A DNA stretch of 64,000 bases from contig JACKPT010000007.1 in NCBI GenBank assembly GCA_024233345.1, positions 51,434 to 115,433 on the forward strand, written 5' to 3'. The position numbers were made by a program, and so were the translations under genes. The stretch is from Verrucomicrobiota bacterium (GTDB taxonomy: Bacteria > Verrucomicrobiota > Kiritimatiellia > CAIVKH01). The notes under the pieces are model-generated. The model searched no databases and had not been told where the DNA came from. It saw nothing but the letters and a program-made list of their open reading frames with translations. Below, piece by piece: positions 20,375 through 30,590 of this stretch (the stretch's first letter is position 1; each line of letters opens with the position of its first letter).

Positions 20375-21955
20375 ATGTTCCTGAACGCTTGGCTGAACGT
20401 CTCCCGCACCACCCTCTATGCGGGGGTGGCTTTCCTGTATCTGGCCGGGTGGTTTGTGTTTCGGACCGAGCTGATCTGTCCCGATATGAACTGGTTGGAG
20501 CAACCGGCCGATCAGCGGGTGGCTTCGGCTTTGCACACCCCGGTTCCGGAAGGTGACAACGCCCAGTATCTGGTACCCTTGCGGGAAAGGGGGGCCTGGA
20601 GAATTCTGCTTGCCGCAATGGGTGATCCCGGGCGCCGGGAACTCAATGCCCTCAGCATGGGAGCCGGGTGGGTGCTGCTGATCACATGGTTGTTCGTGCT
20701 TGATCGGGGAGCCATCATCCATGCCGGGCGTGCGGCACTATTGGTTGGTGTGCTCCTGTTCGGTAGCCCGTTCTATCTGTTGGTTCTGGATGAACCGGGC
20801 ACCTTGGTGGAAGGCGGACTCGCATGTCTCGCTTTGGCGCTGCACCTGTTCTGTACCCACCGCAGGCCCGGCGACCTTTCCATCGGTGCGGCCTTGTTGA
20901 TCGGGGTCGCGGCGATGAACCACCTCGAATGGCTGGCGCTCTGGCCGGTGATGGTTTTGCATGGACTCCTGGTGCAGATCGTACGACGGTCCACGGAGGT
21001 AACGCTCCCTGCGGTATTGCTGAAAGGGGCTGCCGGTTGTTGCTGGCTGGTAATCGGCCTTTCACCCGCTCTGCTCCGCAACCTGTACGCACTGGGAATT
21101 CCCTGGCCGCCGCTGCCCCAGGCCAGCCTGGTTTTGAATGGTACCGATGGCCCGGTCCAATCTCTTCTGCCCACCCTGGTCGCCCTGTGGCGCGAACAGG
21201 CTGCCAACCTCTACGGGCGCCTGGTTGACCAAGGGCTGTCCCGTTTTGCCTGGTTGGTTCTGGTCTGGTTGGGCGGGATCGTCTGGTCCGTTACCGGGCC
21301 GCAGAAAAACCGTGTGCCCGTGCATGGACTGGTCGCCTGTTTGGTAGTGATTCTGCCCGGAGCGACTGCCCTGCTCAGCCCCCTGACGGGGGCCCGCGCC
21401 TTTCCAGTGATGGTGACGGTAACCCTGATGCTGCTTGCGGCGGCTGCCGCCCTGACTTTGTGGGATTTTTATTGGGAGGGTCCGCTTCGCCATCTTGCTC
21501 CCCGTTATCGAATCGTGGTGGGTATCGGCCTGGCCGCATCGATGATTGGATTGGGAACCCGCCAAGTGGTCAGGCAAGCGATTGTCGATGCCCATCAAAT
21601 CTCCGCCGTCCGTGAAGTCATGGCGTTGAGCCTGGAGGGTTTCAAAAACCGTGGGATGCAGGTGGTGGCCAGCGATGTGCCGCTGGATTTCGAGGCTTCA
21701 GGCATGGTTCTCGTCGATTTGACCTGTGAGCTAACGCCCTCCCTGTATGGCTATCCCGAGGCCAGCGCCATGACGCCAGCGGACTGGCAAGCCCTGTTCA
21801 ACGCCTACCGGGTGGATGGCCTGCTGCTCTTTCACGATCACTGGCAGGACCGACTCGGGACCCTTCCTGCCGTGGAGCATTTCATGATGATGGATGCGCC
21901 CGAGCTGCCGGAGGGAACCGGCTTCCCCATCCTTTACCAGGTTCAGGAATCCTGA
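20375..21955 (+). CDS. Polytopic integral membrane protein (possible GT-C-like glycosyltransferase)
   Basis: 526 aa with ten or more hydrophobic helices (for example LYAGVAFLYLAGWFVF, ALLVGVLLFGSPFYLLVL, FAWLVLVWLGGIVWSV, VTVTLMLLAAAAALTLW) and a ~130-aa soluble C-terminus. The layout recalls ArnT/PMT-type enzymes, but I recognised no diagnostic motif. Confidence 0.55.
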   Translation: MFLNAWLNVSRTTLYAGVAFLYLAGWFVFRTELICPDMNWLEQPADQRVASALHTPVPEGDNAQYLVPLRERGAWRILLAAMGDPGRRELNALSMGAGWVLLITWLFVLDRGAIIHAGRAALLVGVLLFGSPFYLLVLDEPGTLVEGGLACLALALHLFCTHRRPGDLSIGAALLIGVAAMNHLEWLALWPVMVLHGLLVQIVRRSTEVTLPAVLLKGAAGCCWLVIGLSPALLRNLYALGIPWPPLPQASLVLNGTDGPVQSLLPTLVALWREQAANLYGRLVDQGLSRFAWLVLVWLGGIVWSVTGPQKNRVPVHGLVACLVVILPGATALLSPLTGARAFPVMVTVTLMLLAAAAALTLWDFYWEGPLRHLAPRYRIVVGIGLAASMIGLGTRQVVRQAIVDAHQISAVREVMALSLEGFKNRGMQVVASDVPLDFEASGMVLVDLTCELTPSLYGYPEASAMTPADWQALFNAYRVDGLLLFHDHWQDRLGTLPAVEHFMMMDAPELPEGTGFPILYQVQES

Positions 21956-22458
21956 GCCGGAGGGGTGCGCTTCCGCTGGAAAAACGATTGCAGGAGATGG
22001 CGGCACTCTGCTTCAAGCAAGCCGGTGATGACCCGGGGGCGGTGGTTCAGGTTGGGATCGTTCACAATCTGAAACCGCGAAGTGGCTCCGCCGCGCAGAG
22101 GGTCGCTGACCCCCCAGACAATCACCGGTACTCTGGACAACACAATGGCTCCCGCGCACATGGGACAGGGCTCCTTGGTCACATACAGGACACACCCGGT
22201 GAGCCGCCAGTCGCCAATCGCGCTGGCCGCCTGAGTGATGGCGATCATTTCCGCATGCGCCGTGGCATCCTTCAGTAACTCCACCTGGTTATGGGCCTGG
22301 GCGATGATCCGCCCCTGCCGGATAATCACCGCGCCTACCGGGACCTCATCCGCTTCCGCCGCTTTGGCTGCCTGGTGCAGTGCCTTCTGCATCCAGCGTT
22401 CCTCCGGCTGGTAGTCCTCCGCATTCACTATCTGGGCTGGTTCCATGCCCGGCAGCAT
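21943..22458 (-). CDS. tadA: tRNA-specific adenosine deaminase
   Basis: CDA fold motifs HAEMIAI and PCPMCAGAIV. The start is uncertain: ATG 22458 was chosen and 22446 is also possible. Longer starts would overlap the divergent lipA. Confidence 0.85.
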   Translation of the reverse strand: MLPGMEPAQIVNAEDYQPEERWMQKALHQAAKAAEADEVPVGAVIIRQGRIIAQAHNQVELLKDATAHAEMIAITQAASAIGDWRLTGCVLYVTKEPCPMCAGAIVLSRVPVIVWGVSDPLRGGATSRFQIVNDPNLNHRPRVITGLLEAECRHLLQSFFQRKRTPPAQDS

Positions 22459-22519
22459 AGCCGGGACGAGCGGTAGATGCCATTTCTTCTTTGATTTTGA
22501 AGGTGGTCCGCCGTAGGGT

Positions 22520-23437
22520 TTGAACATGCCACGTATACCCGAATGGATCCGTTTGAAATGGAAGGCCGACAGCGATTTTGCCAAGGTGCACCAGTTGATT
22601 GGAGGGCATGGACTCCATACGGTATGTCAGAGCGCACGTTGCCCCAATATTCATGAATGCTGGGGTGCGGGAACTGCCACCATCATGCTGCTCGGCAACC
22701 TCTGCACCCGATCCTGCGCGTTTTGCTCCGTACCCCATGGCCGACCGGAGGCGCTGGACCTGGCCGAGCCCCGCCGGGTGGCCGCGATGCTTCCCGGCAT
22801 GGATGTCCGGCACCTTGTCATGACCAGTGTCAATCGCGATGACCAGCCGGATGGGGGAGCCGCCATCTTCGCAGAAACCATTCGCCTGTGTCGTGAGGCG
22901 GTTCCCGGGTTGACCATCGAAGTCCTGACCCCGGACTTTGAGGGCAACCGTGCCGCCGCCGAATGCATTTTTTCCGCCCACCCCGATGTGTTCAGTCATA
23001 ACGTGGAAACGGTCCGGCGGATGCAGGCGGTGATCCGGCCGCAAGCGTCCTATGGCCGTTCGCTGGAAGTTCTCCGGTGGGCATCGGAATGGCGTCCCAA
23101 GATGGCGGTAAAAAGCGGCTTGATGGTCGGCCTGGGTGAAACGGATGAGGAACTTCGGGAGACCATGCAAGACCTGTACGACGCCGGATGCCGCATCCTC
23201 ACCCTCGGCCAGTACCTGCAACCCACCCGGCACAATCGCCCGGTACAACGGTATGTCGTGCCCCGCCTTTTTGACACCTACGCCGCATGGGCGAAGGAAA
23301 TCGGTTTCGATGGCGTCGCGTCCGGTCCCATGGTTCGCTCGTCGTATAAGGCCGATGAACTTTTTCGATCCGTGCTGGAGCGCGATGCGGAACTGGCCTC
23401 CGCTTATCCTGACCGTATCCCGGCCCCCCTTTCCTGA
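22520..23437 (+). CDS. lipA: Lipoyl synthase
   Basis: Auxiliary cluster motif CQSARCPNIHEC, radical-SAM CTRSCAFC, SGLMVGLGET. 305 aa. Confidence 0.95.
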   Translation: MNMPRIPEWIRLKWKADSDFAKVHQLIGGHGLHTVCQSARCPNIHECWGAGTATIMLLGNLCTRSCAFCSVPHGRPEALDLAEPRRVAAMLPGMDVRHLVMTSVNRDDQPDGGAAIFAETIRLCREAVPGLTIEVLTPDFEGNRAAAECIFSAHPDVFSHNVETVRRMQAVIRPQASYGRSLEVLRWASEWRPKMAVKSGLMVGLGETDEELRETMQDLYDAGCRILTLGQYLQPTRHNRPVQRYVVPRLFDTYAAWAKEIGFDGVASGPMVRSSYKADELFRSVLERDAELASAYPDRIPAPLS

Positions 23438-23457
23438 ACCACCCATCGCGGGATGTC

Positions 23458-24174
23458 ATGAATCCGTCATCCACCGAAACGTCAACCGCGCTGGACCCCG
23501 CGAGGGTCCTAGTGGTCATTCCCGCCCTGAATGAGGCCGCCTCGATCCGGGGGGTGGTGGAGGGGGTGCGGAACCATCTGCCTCATGTCGTGGTCATTGA
23601 CGATGGTTCCACCGATGCCACCAGTGCCGAGGCGCGAGCCGGCGGCGCCGAAGTGCTGCGATCCGAGCGGAACGAAGGCAAGGGCGGGGCTCTGGTACGT
23701 GGATTTCGATGGGCCTTGGAAAAGAAGATGCTGCTGGTTCTTACCCTCGATGCGGATGGGCAGCATGATCCCCGCGATATCCCGAAATTTCTGGAGGCCT
23801 ATCAGCGAACCGGCATCCCGGTTCTCATTGGCAACCGGATGTGGAATCCTGAAGGGATGCCCTGGTTGCGGCGTATGACCAACCGGGGAATGAGCAGGCT
23901 CCTCAGTGCCTTGACCGGGAGGAGCCTGCCGGACAGCCAGAATGGATTCCGCCTGTATGAAGTCGAGTTGCTCAGACACCTGACGCTTGAATCCCGGCAC
24001 TATGAAGCGGAATCCGAAATTCTGCTCCGGTTGGGGCGCAAGGGGCTCCGGATGGATGTGGTGCGGATCGATCCCGTCTACCACGCCGAACAGAGCAAGA
24101 TTTCACCGCTGCTCGATAGTGCACGATTCATCCGAATGCTCTACCGCATGTACACCCGCAGTGGCAGGCACTGA
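23458..24174 (+). CDS. Family 2 glycosyltransferase (polyprenyl-phosphate sugar synthase-like)
   Basis: VVIPALNEAASI, VVVIDDGSTDAT, NEGKGGAL, LDADGQHDP. 238 aa, the size class of Dpm1/GtrB-like enzymes. The sugar is unknown. Confidence 0.8.
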   Translation: MNPSSTETSTALDPARVLVVIPALNEAASIRGVVEGVRNHLPHVVVIDDGSTDATSAEARAGGAEVLRSERNEGKGGALVRGFRWALEKKMLLVLTLDADGQHDPRDIPKFLEAYQRTGIPVLIGNRMWNPEGMPWLRRMTNRGMSRLLSALTGRSLPDSQNGFRLYEVELLRHLTLESRHYEAESEILLRLGRKGLRMDVVRIDPVYHAEQSKISPLLDSARFIRMLYRMYTRSGRH

Positions 24175-24269
24175 TCGGCGGGGCCGGCGGGCCCGGGAAC
24201 CGACGGTTCTTTCCGCTTGCAGCGGGGGAGCATCCCTCTATGATGCGTTTCTTTTTAAAGGAATGATGT

Positions 24270-25277
24270 ATGAATGCCACTCCAGTGAATGAGAACCGTG
24301 TGCCCCTGATGTCCTTGATCCTTCGGGGATTGATCGGGGGCATTTTGATGGGATTGGCCAATCTGGTGCCCGGGATCAGCGGGGGAACGATGCTGCTGGC
24401 AGCGGGTATCTATCCGTTGTTCATCACCGCAATTGCCGAAGCCAGCACCCTCAAGTTCCGGTTGGAATCGCTTGCCATTCTCGGCTCTGTGGTGGCGGCG
24501 GCGATGGTGGCGATTCTGCTTCTCGCCGGACCGGTCAAAGAGTTGGTGGTGGATCACCGGTGGATCATGTACAGCCTGTTCATCGGGTTGACCCTGGGAG
24601 GGATTCCCCTGGTCTGGAAGATGGCCAAGCCGGCGACCCGGGCCACCTGGGGAGGGCTGGTCGCGGGCTTCATCGCCATGGCGGTTCTGGCCTTGCTCCA
24701 GCAGATGGGTATGACCGGGTCCGGCACGGGAACCGCCAGTGTTGTGCTTCTCTTTTTGGCCGGATTGGCAGGCGCCAGCGCGATGATCCTGCCCGGTGTC
24801 AGCGGGGGATACCTGCTGCTTGTCCTGGGACAATATGTGGTGATTCTGGGGGCCATTGACCGATTCAAGGATGCCCTGCAGGGGGGGGATTTCGCGGCGG
24901 TGATCCATATCGGACTGACCGTCATTTTGCCGGTGGGCCTGGGGGTGGTCATTGGAATTGTCGCGGTCAGCAACCTGCTCAAGTACCTGCTTCGGCGGTT
25001 TGAAAAGGCCACGCTGGGCGTCTTGCTCGGTCTGCTGGTTGGTGCGGTGGTGGGATTGTGGCCGTTTCAACAGGGGCGGATCCCGGAAATCGGGGAGATG
25101 ATCAAGGGGCAGCCGGTCACGGCGGAGCGACTCACCGAGCTGGATCCCGATGACTATCCCACTGAATACTTTCATCCGACCGGCGGACAGGTTGGTGGTG
25201 CCATCGGTTTGATACTGGCTGGATTTTTGGCGACTACGGTGTTGGCCCGGCTGGATCGCTCCCCCGAGCAGGCCTGA
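24270..25277 (+). CDS. DUF368 family membrane protein (family implicated in undecaprenyl-phosphate translocation)
   Basis: Internally duplicated signature GLANLVPGISGGTMLLAAGIY and ASAMILPGVSGGYLLLVLGQY. About 8-10 TM helices. Confidence 0.8.
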   Translation: MNATPVNENRVPLMSLILRGLIGGILMGLANLVPGISGGTMLLAAGIYPLFITAIAEASTLKFRLESLAILGSVVAAAMVAILLLAGPVKELVVDHRWIMYSLFIGLTLGGIPLVWKMAKPATRATWGGLVAGFIAMAVLALLQQMGMTGSGTGTASVVLLFLAGLAGASAMILPGVSGGYLLLVLGQYVVILGAIDRFKDALQGGDFAAVIHIGLTVILPVGLGVVIGIVAVSNLLKYLLRRFEKATLGVLLGLLVGAVVGLWPFQQGRIPEIGEMIKGQPVTAERLTELDPDDYPTEYFHPTGGQVGGAIGLILAGFLATTVLARLDRSPEQA

Positions 25278-25287
25278 GCAACCCGGT

Positions 25288-25866
25288 TCAGACGAAACGG
25301 AAAGATCCAGGCCGGCAGGTAGCGTCCACGCGGAAGTCTCTGGGTGAGGCAAGTTCCTCGATCGCGTGACCCAGCATCCGGTCACCATCGAACAGAAATC
25401 GTCCTTGAAACGGACGATTGGCGAGGAAGAGCGGAAACCAGATCCGATCATCCGCCCACATCCGATCGTAAGGAATCCGGTCCGTATCGCACCAGAAGGG
25501 CAGGGCTTCCTCGGTCTCCCCTGGTTCTCCACTCCATCCTTCGGAGCGAAAGACGAACCCATGCAAGGCATAGCCATCCGTGAATTGAAAGAACAGTTCA
25601 CCCGCTGGTTGGGGGTCGACCGGGGTAATCAGAATCTCCTCCTCTACCTCCCGGATTGCACAGGCGATCGGGGTTTCTCCGGGTTCCATCCGACCGCCCG
25701 GCCCATTGATTTTTCCCGCCCCCAGTCCACGTTTTTTCTCGATCAGCAGAATTCGCCGGCCGTCCACAACAAACAGGAGTGTGGCCTGCTCAACTGGCTT
25801 CCATGCGCGCCAATCCATCTCGGAAAACGGTGTCGGAAAAGGATCAGAAACGGGAAGCGTGGTCAT
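25288..25866 (-). CDS. NUDIX hydrolase (MutT/MTH1-like)
   Basis: Nudix box GPGGRMEPGETPIACAIREVEEEILI. ATG 25866 (MTTLPV) was chosen; the upstream part of the ORF is Arg/Pro-rich filler. Confidence 0.8.
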   Translation of the reverse strand: MTTLPVSDPFPTPFSEMDWRAWKPVEQATLLFVVDGRRILLIEKKRGLGAGKINGPGGRMEPGETPIACAIREVEEEILITPVDPQPAGELFFQFTDGYALHGFVFRSEGWSGEPGETEEALPFWCDTDRIPYDRMWADDRIWFPLFLANRPFQGRFLFDGDRMLGHAIEELASPRDFRVDATCRPGSFRFV

Positions 25867-26066
25867 GGGGGCGAGGTTATGGCATGACGGGTGTCGGTTG
25901 TAAACCCTGAATGAATTGCGGTGAGGATGAATGGCAGCCTTGGTGTGCAGCAGGTGCCGGGGGCGGGGCTTTCCGTTCCGGTAAAGCTGAATATGGACCC
26001 CCGGAATCGTGAATTCACTCCAGCCTGCTTGACGTGGTGGTGGGTTGGGATTAGCTTCGTCTGGCA

Positions 26067-26264
26067 ATGAAACTATTTCTGATGGTCTTCGGCATTTTTG
26101 CTTTTTGTATTCTCGCGATGGCAGTGGGGGTGATCATCCGCAATCGCGGTTTCACTTCCTGTGGCCGCGCAGCGGCCGAGGCCGAGGGGGGTACGTGCTC
26201 GGTTTGCGGGGTTACCTCTGAGGGTCGGTGCCACAAGGAAAAGAAGAAAAGCGAGCCGGTTTAA
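26067..26264 (+). CDS. nqrM: NqrM-like Na+-NQR maturation protein (DUF539-like)
   Basis: 65 aa with one N-terminal TM (LFLMVFGIFAFCILAMAVGVII), then four Cys (SCG, TCSVCG, RCH) and a basic tail. This pattern, next to apbE/nqrF, fits NqrM. Confidence 0.6.
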   Translation: MKLFLMVFGIFAFCILAMAVGVIIRNRGFTSCGRAAAEAEGGTCSVCGVTSEGRCHKEKKKSEPV

Positions 26265-27346
26265 TCCGTCGCAGGCGATAAATACCGACCGAAACCAGGG
26301 GTTTGCCGAATGGTGAACTGATTTTTTTCTGCGGTATGCAATTGCAACATGGCCTCGATTCCCTCGTGCTGATCGAGCCAGGCCATAGCCTGCTCCGAAC
26401 CCATGACAAATAAAGCCGTCGCCATACCATCCGCGATCATGCAGGAGTCGGCCACCACCGTGACCGCAGCCAGATCCGATTGAGCAGGCATCCCGCTCGC
26501 CGGGTTGAGAATGTGGGAGCGCAGGGCACCACTGGCGTCCTCAAAAAAATTCCGGTAATCACCCGAGGTGGCAACGCCCCCCTGATCCAGATGGATGATT
26601 GCGGCAAACTGTTCGCCGGGGGGGAGGTCCGGTCTTGGAATGTCCACGCCGATGCGCCAGGGATTGCCGGACAGGTTGTTCCCCTGGCAGGCGACTTCAC
26701 CCCCGATTTCCACAAAGATATTGGAATAACCCTGCGCCACAAATGCATCCAGCACGGCATCCGCACCATATCCCTTGGCGATGGCGTTGACATTGATGTG
26801 CACATCGGGTCGGCTTTTGCGAAGGGCATGACCCTCCACGGTAATCTGGCGATAGCCGGTGTTCTCTCTGGCCGCAGCGATCGCTTCGGGGGAGGGTTCC
26901 CGGGTTGGCCCACGGCTGCCGAATCCCCAGAGTTCAATCAACGGGTCGAGGGTGGGGTCAAGGGCGCCACCGGTCGCCTCCGCGAGCTGCAGGGCCGCCC
27001 GGGTGACCGTGATGAACGCTTCGGATACCGGAAATGGTTGAAGGGAGGCCCATCGATTGAATTGTGAGATTTCACTGTCGGCCAGGTAGGTGGACATTTG
27101 ACGGTTGAGCCCGGCCAGCAGTTCGTCAAGATCCTGTTGCCAATCCTGGTAGGTGTCCGGGTTGATGCGGTGATCCCGGTCAATCACCTTGACCGAGTAG
27201 GTCGTTCCCATCGTCTGGCCCTGCCAGTGCCACTGGCGGGGAGGGGGCTTGCGCGTGTAGGTGTAGGCAAAAAACGCCAGCAGGACCAAGGAGACCAGAA
27301 TCGCCTTGCGCGGTTCAAACGGCCGGGGTTGAAGCATCCGGGGCAT
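26261..27346 (-). CDS. apbE: FAD:protein FMN transferase ApbE
   Basis: MGTTYSVKV start of the mature domain, AIAKGYGAD, ATSGDYRNFF, ADGMATALFVMG. Immediately downstream of nqrF. Confidence 0.9.
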   Translation of the reverse strand: MPRMLQPRPFEPRKAILVSLVLLAFFAYTYTRKPPPRQWHWQGQTMGTTYSVKVIDRDHRINPDTYQDWQQDLDELLAGLNRQMSTYLADSEISQFNRWASLQPFPVSEAFITVTRAALQLAEATGGALDPTLDPLIELWGFGSRGPTREPSPEAIAAARENTGYRQITVEGHALRKSRPDVHINVNAIAKGYGADAVLDAFVAQGYSNIFVEIGGEVACQGNNLSGNPWRIGVDIPRPDLPPGEQFAAIIHLDQGGVATSGDYRNFFEDASGALRSHILNPASGMPAQSDLAAVTVVADSCMIADGMATALFVMGSEQAMAWLDQHEGIEAMLQLHTAEKNQFTIRQTPGFGRYLSPATD

Positions 27347-27364
27347 GGGATCGCCCGCCGGTCC

Positions 27365-28606
27365 TCAACCAAAATCGTCGAAGGCGATTTGCTCTTTCTC
27401 GACCCCGAGGTCATAGAGCATTTTTTGCACGGCAGCAATCATCGGCGGCGGTCCGCAAAGATAATACTCAATCTCGGTGGGATCCTCGTGCTTGCTCAGG
27501 TAGTTGTCCAAAAGCACTTGATGAATGAAGCCGGTATAGCCGGTCCAATTGTCCTCGGGCTGGGGTTCGCTGAGGGCGATGTTGAACTGGAAGTTGGGGT
27601 GTTCCTTCTCCAGCTTCCGGAAATCTTCCTCGTAGAACATTTCCCGCAAGGAGCGGGCGCCATACCAGTAGCTGATTTTGCGCTTCGAATTCTTGGTGGT
27701 CAACAGATCGAGGGTGTGGCTGCGCAACGGAGCCATGCCGGCGCCCCCGCCGATATACACCATTTCCTTGTCGGTGTCCTTGGCAAAAAACTCGCCAAAG
27801 GGGCCACTGATCCAGACCTTGTCCCCTGGTTTCAGGGAAAAGATATAGCTGGAGGCTATGCCCGGAGGAACCTGCAGGTTCGGGGGTGGGGTGGCGATGC
27901 GGACATTCAGCATCACGCAATTTCCCTCGGCGGGATGATTGGCCATGGAGTAGGCTCGAAAACAGGGTTCCGAATTCTTGGCATGGAGATCCCACAGCTT
28001 GAACCGGTCCCAGGCATCCCGGAACCGTTCTTCGATCTGAAAGTCCTTAAACTGGAGGTCATACTCCGGGATATCGATCTGAATGTAGCCGCCGGCCTTG
28101 AAGTTGAGGTCGACGCCGGCAGGAAGGTCGACAATGAACTCCTTGATGAAGGTGGCCACATTGTGGTTGGACCGTACCGTGCCCTCGAATTTCTGAATTT
28201 CCAGCACCTCGTCATGCACATGAATCTTCATGTCATTCTTGACCTTGACCTGGCAGCCCAGGCGCATGCCCTCCTTGGCCTCCTGTTTGGAGATGTGTCC
28301 GGTTTCGGTGGGCAGGATCGACCCGCCCCCTTCAAGCACCTGACACTTGCACATGGCACAGGTGCCACCGCCTCCGCAGGCGGAAGGCAGGTAGACACTG
28401 CTGCTGGAGAGTGCGGACAGCAGGGTGCTCCCGGGCTGGACTTCGAGCTTCTTTTTCCCGTCATTGATATCGATTGTCACGGCTCCCTGCGGCTGCAGCT
28501 TGCGGGAGGCTAGCATCAAACCCACAACCAGGGACAAGATGACTCCGGTGAACACCGCAACCGAGGCGGCGACAAATAATCCATTAAAGAGGGCGAGTAT
28601 CGGCAT
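27365..28606 (-). CDS. nqrF: Na+-translocating NADH:quinone oxidoreductase subunit F
   Basis: N-terminal TM, 2Fe-2S ferredoxin motif [21 protein letters not shown] domain [15 protein letters not shown]. Confidence 0.95.
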   Translation of the reverse strand: MPILALFNGLFVAASVAVFTGVILSLVVGLMLASRKLQPQGAVTIDINDGKKKLEVQPGSTLLSALSSSSVYLPSACGGGGTCAMCKCQVLEGGGSILPTETGHISKQEAKEGMRLGCQVKVKNDMKIHVHDEVLEIQKFEGTVRSNHNVATFIKEFIVDLPAGVDLNFKAGGYIQIDIPEYDLQFKDFQIEERFRDAWDRFKLWDLHAKNSEPCFRAYSMANHPAEGNCVMLNVRIATPPPNLQVPPGIASSYIFSLKPGDKVWISGPFGEFFAKDTDKEMVYIGGGAGMAPLRSHTLDLLTTKNSKRKISYWYGARSLREMFYEEDFRKLEKEHPNFQFNIALSEPQPEDNWTGYTGFIHQVLLDNYLSKHEDPTEIEYYLCGPPPMIAAVQKMLYDLGVEKEQIAFDDFG

Positions 28607-28624
28607 GGTTGGCTCCAGAAGATG

Positions 28625-29239
28625 TTACAAGCTAATACCGGAAAAACAGAGAAAACCGATGGCCATCAGGCCGGTAAGAATAAAGGTCATGCCGAGGCCT
28701 TTCAGGCCATCGGGGATGTGGGAATACCGGATTTTCTTGCGAATAGCCGACAGCGCAACAATCGCGAGGAAAAAACCGAAGCCCGTGGAAAATCCATAGA
28801 CGGTCGACTCGACCAGGGTGTATTGACGCTCGACCATGAAGAGGCTGCCGCCGAGAATCGAGCAGTTGACCGTGATCAGCGGAAGGAAAATGCCCAGCGA
28901 GTTGTAGAGAGGGGGGAAATATTTATCCAGGACCATTTCCACCAATTGCACCGCCGAGGCGATGATGGCGATAAAGCAGATGAAGGTCAGAAAGGACAGG
29001 TCCATGCTGGCCAGCGCGGGAATCCCGGTCCAGGCCAGTGCGGTCGGCTTGAGCAGGAAGGTGTACACAAACCAGTTCAAGGGACAGGTGATGCCCAACA
29101 CGAAGACCACGGCGAGTCCAAGTCCGGAAGCGGTCTCGACCTTTTTGGACAGGGCGAGAAACGAGCACATGCCCAGAAAGTAGGCGAGGACAATATTTTC
29201 GATGAAGATCGATTTTACAGCTAGGTTGATGAGTTCCAT
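28625..29239 (-). CDS. nqrE: Na+-NQR subunit E
   Basis: [37 protein letters not shown]. 204 aa, colinear with Vibrio NqrE. Confidence 0.93.
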   Translation of the reverse strand: MELINLAVKSIFIENIVLAYFLGMCSFLALSKKVETASGLGLAVVFVLGITCPLNWFVYTFLLKPTALAWTGIPALASMDLSFLTFICFIAIIASAVQLVEMVLDKYFPPLYNSLGIFLPLITVNCSILGGSLFMVERQYTLVESTVYGFSTGFGFFLAIVALSAIRKKIRYSHIPDGLKGLGMTFILTGLMAIGFLCFSGISL

Positions 29240-29256
29240 GATGAGGTCTCCGACAG

Positions 29257-29859
29257 TCAGTCTTCCTCGTACTTGTGAATGATGGTGCGCTGGGCCCAGA
29301 TGATCAGCCCGATGATGATAAATGCGCCCGGGGCAAGCAAGGCGAGCCCGTTGCCCTGATAGGAAGCGGGGAGAACCTGCAGTCCGAACCAGGATCCGGA
29401 ACCGAGAATTTCCCGGATGGATGCCACGGTCAGCAGGACCGCACTATACCCGAGCCCATTCCCGATGCCGTCCAGCAGCGAGGGGAGCGGCGGATTCTGC
29501 AGGGCGAAGGCTTCCGCACGACCCATGACAATACAGTTGGTGATGATCAGCCCGACGAACACGCTGAGCTGACGGCTGATGTCAAACAGGTAGGCCCGCA
29601 GAAACTGGTCGGCGACAATCACCAGAGAGGCAATCACGGACATTTCCACAATCATGCGAATCCGGCCTGGCGTGACCGTGCGGAGCAGGGACATGGCAAC
29701 ATTGGACAGGGTAAGGACCACGGTCAGGGCAATGGCCATGACGGCAGCGGTTTCCATTTTCACCGTCACGGCAAGAGCGGAGCAGATGCCGAGAATCTGG
29801 ATGGTGATCGGATTGTTATCCGAGAGTGGATCCAATATGATTTCTTTGGTCTTGGCCAT
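29257..29859 (-). CDS. nqrD: Na+-NQR subunit D
   Basis: [40 protein letters not shown]. 200 aa, colinear with Vibrio NqrD. Confidence 0.93.
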   Translation of the reverse strand: MAKTKEIILDPLSDNNPITIQILGICSALAVTVKMETAAVMAIALTVVLTLSNVAMSLLRTVTPGRIRMIVEMSVIASLVIVADQFLRAYLFDISRQLSVFVGLIITNCIVMGRAEAFALQNPPLPSLLDGIGNGLGYSAVLLTVASIREILGSGSWFGLQVLPASYQGNGLALLAPGAFIIIGLIIWAQRTIIHKYEED

Positions 29860-29861
29860 GA

Positions 29862-30590
29862 CTAGCTCCCCCTGACCTTGCTGAAGTAGCGGTTGTAATA
29901 CTGAAGATCCCGGTTCATGAATTGGTTCAGCCCGTTACCGGTCATGGTCGCGCCGCTGATTCCATCCACCTGGTGGTCACTGCCCGCAGGAGCCTCGCCC
30001 TTGACCACTTGAATTGGCTGCAGTTCACCATCTTTGTAGATCACCTTGTCGTGAAACTGGGATTGAAACCATTCGGTGGAAACTTCGCCACCGAGCCCGG
30101 GGGTCTCGCCATGCTTGTAGAAGGTGACGCCGATAATCGTGGACAAGTCCCGGTCCAGTGCCATGTAGCCGTACACGATCGACCACAAGCCCATGCCGGA
30201 AATGGGAAATGCGTACTTTTGAATCTGCCCGTCGTCCCGCCAGACATAGAGCGGAAGATGCTCCTTGTCCTCGATGGTCCGGGCCCGAAGCTCCGCCGGG
30301 GGAAGGTCCGCCGACGTGAAGTCGGTCAGCAGATCACCGGTTTCCTTGTCGAGGAAGACTTCGGAGATATTGGTTTCGAAGTAGGTGTCGACCTTCTCCT
30401 TGGACAGCTTCTTGCCGGCCTCATCGACAACCGGAACTCCGAAAGCCTTGAGGACGTTCAGTTTCCGGTCGAGTTCAACCTCCATGTCCTGCCGTTCCTT
30501 CAGCAACTGCGCGGTCGCGGACAGCACGAGGCTGCAGACCACACAGACGAGGGCGGCGAACCCGATGGCGTAGAGATCATCCTTTCGCAT
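29862..30590 (-). CDS. nqrC: Na+-NQR subunit C
   Basis: N-terminal TM and FMN-attachment motif [12 protein letters not shown]. 242 aa. Overlaps the nqrB 3' end by 14 nt. Confidence 0.9.
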   Translation of the reverse strand: MRKDDLYAIGFAALVCVVCSLVLSATAQLLKERQDMEVELDRKLNVLKAFGVPVVDEAGKKLSKEKVDTYFETNISEVFLDKETGDLLTDFTSADLPPAELRARTIEDKEHLPLYVWRDDGQIQKYAFPISGMGLWSIVYGYMALDRDLSTIIGVTFYKHGETPGLGGEVSTEWFQSQFHDKVIYKDGELQPIQVVKGEAPAGSDHQVDGISGATMTGNGLNQFMNRDLQYYNRYFSKVRGS

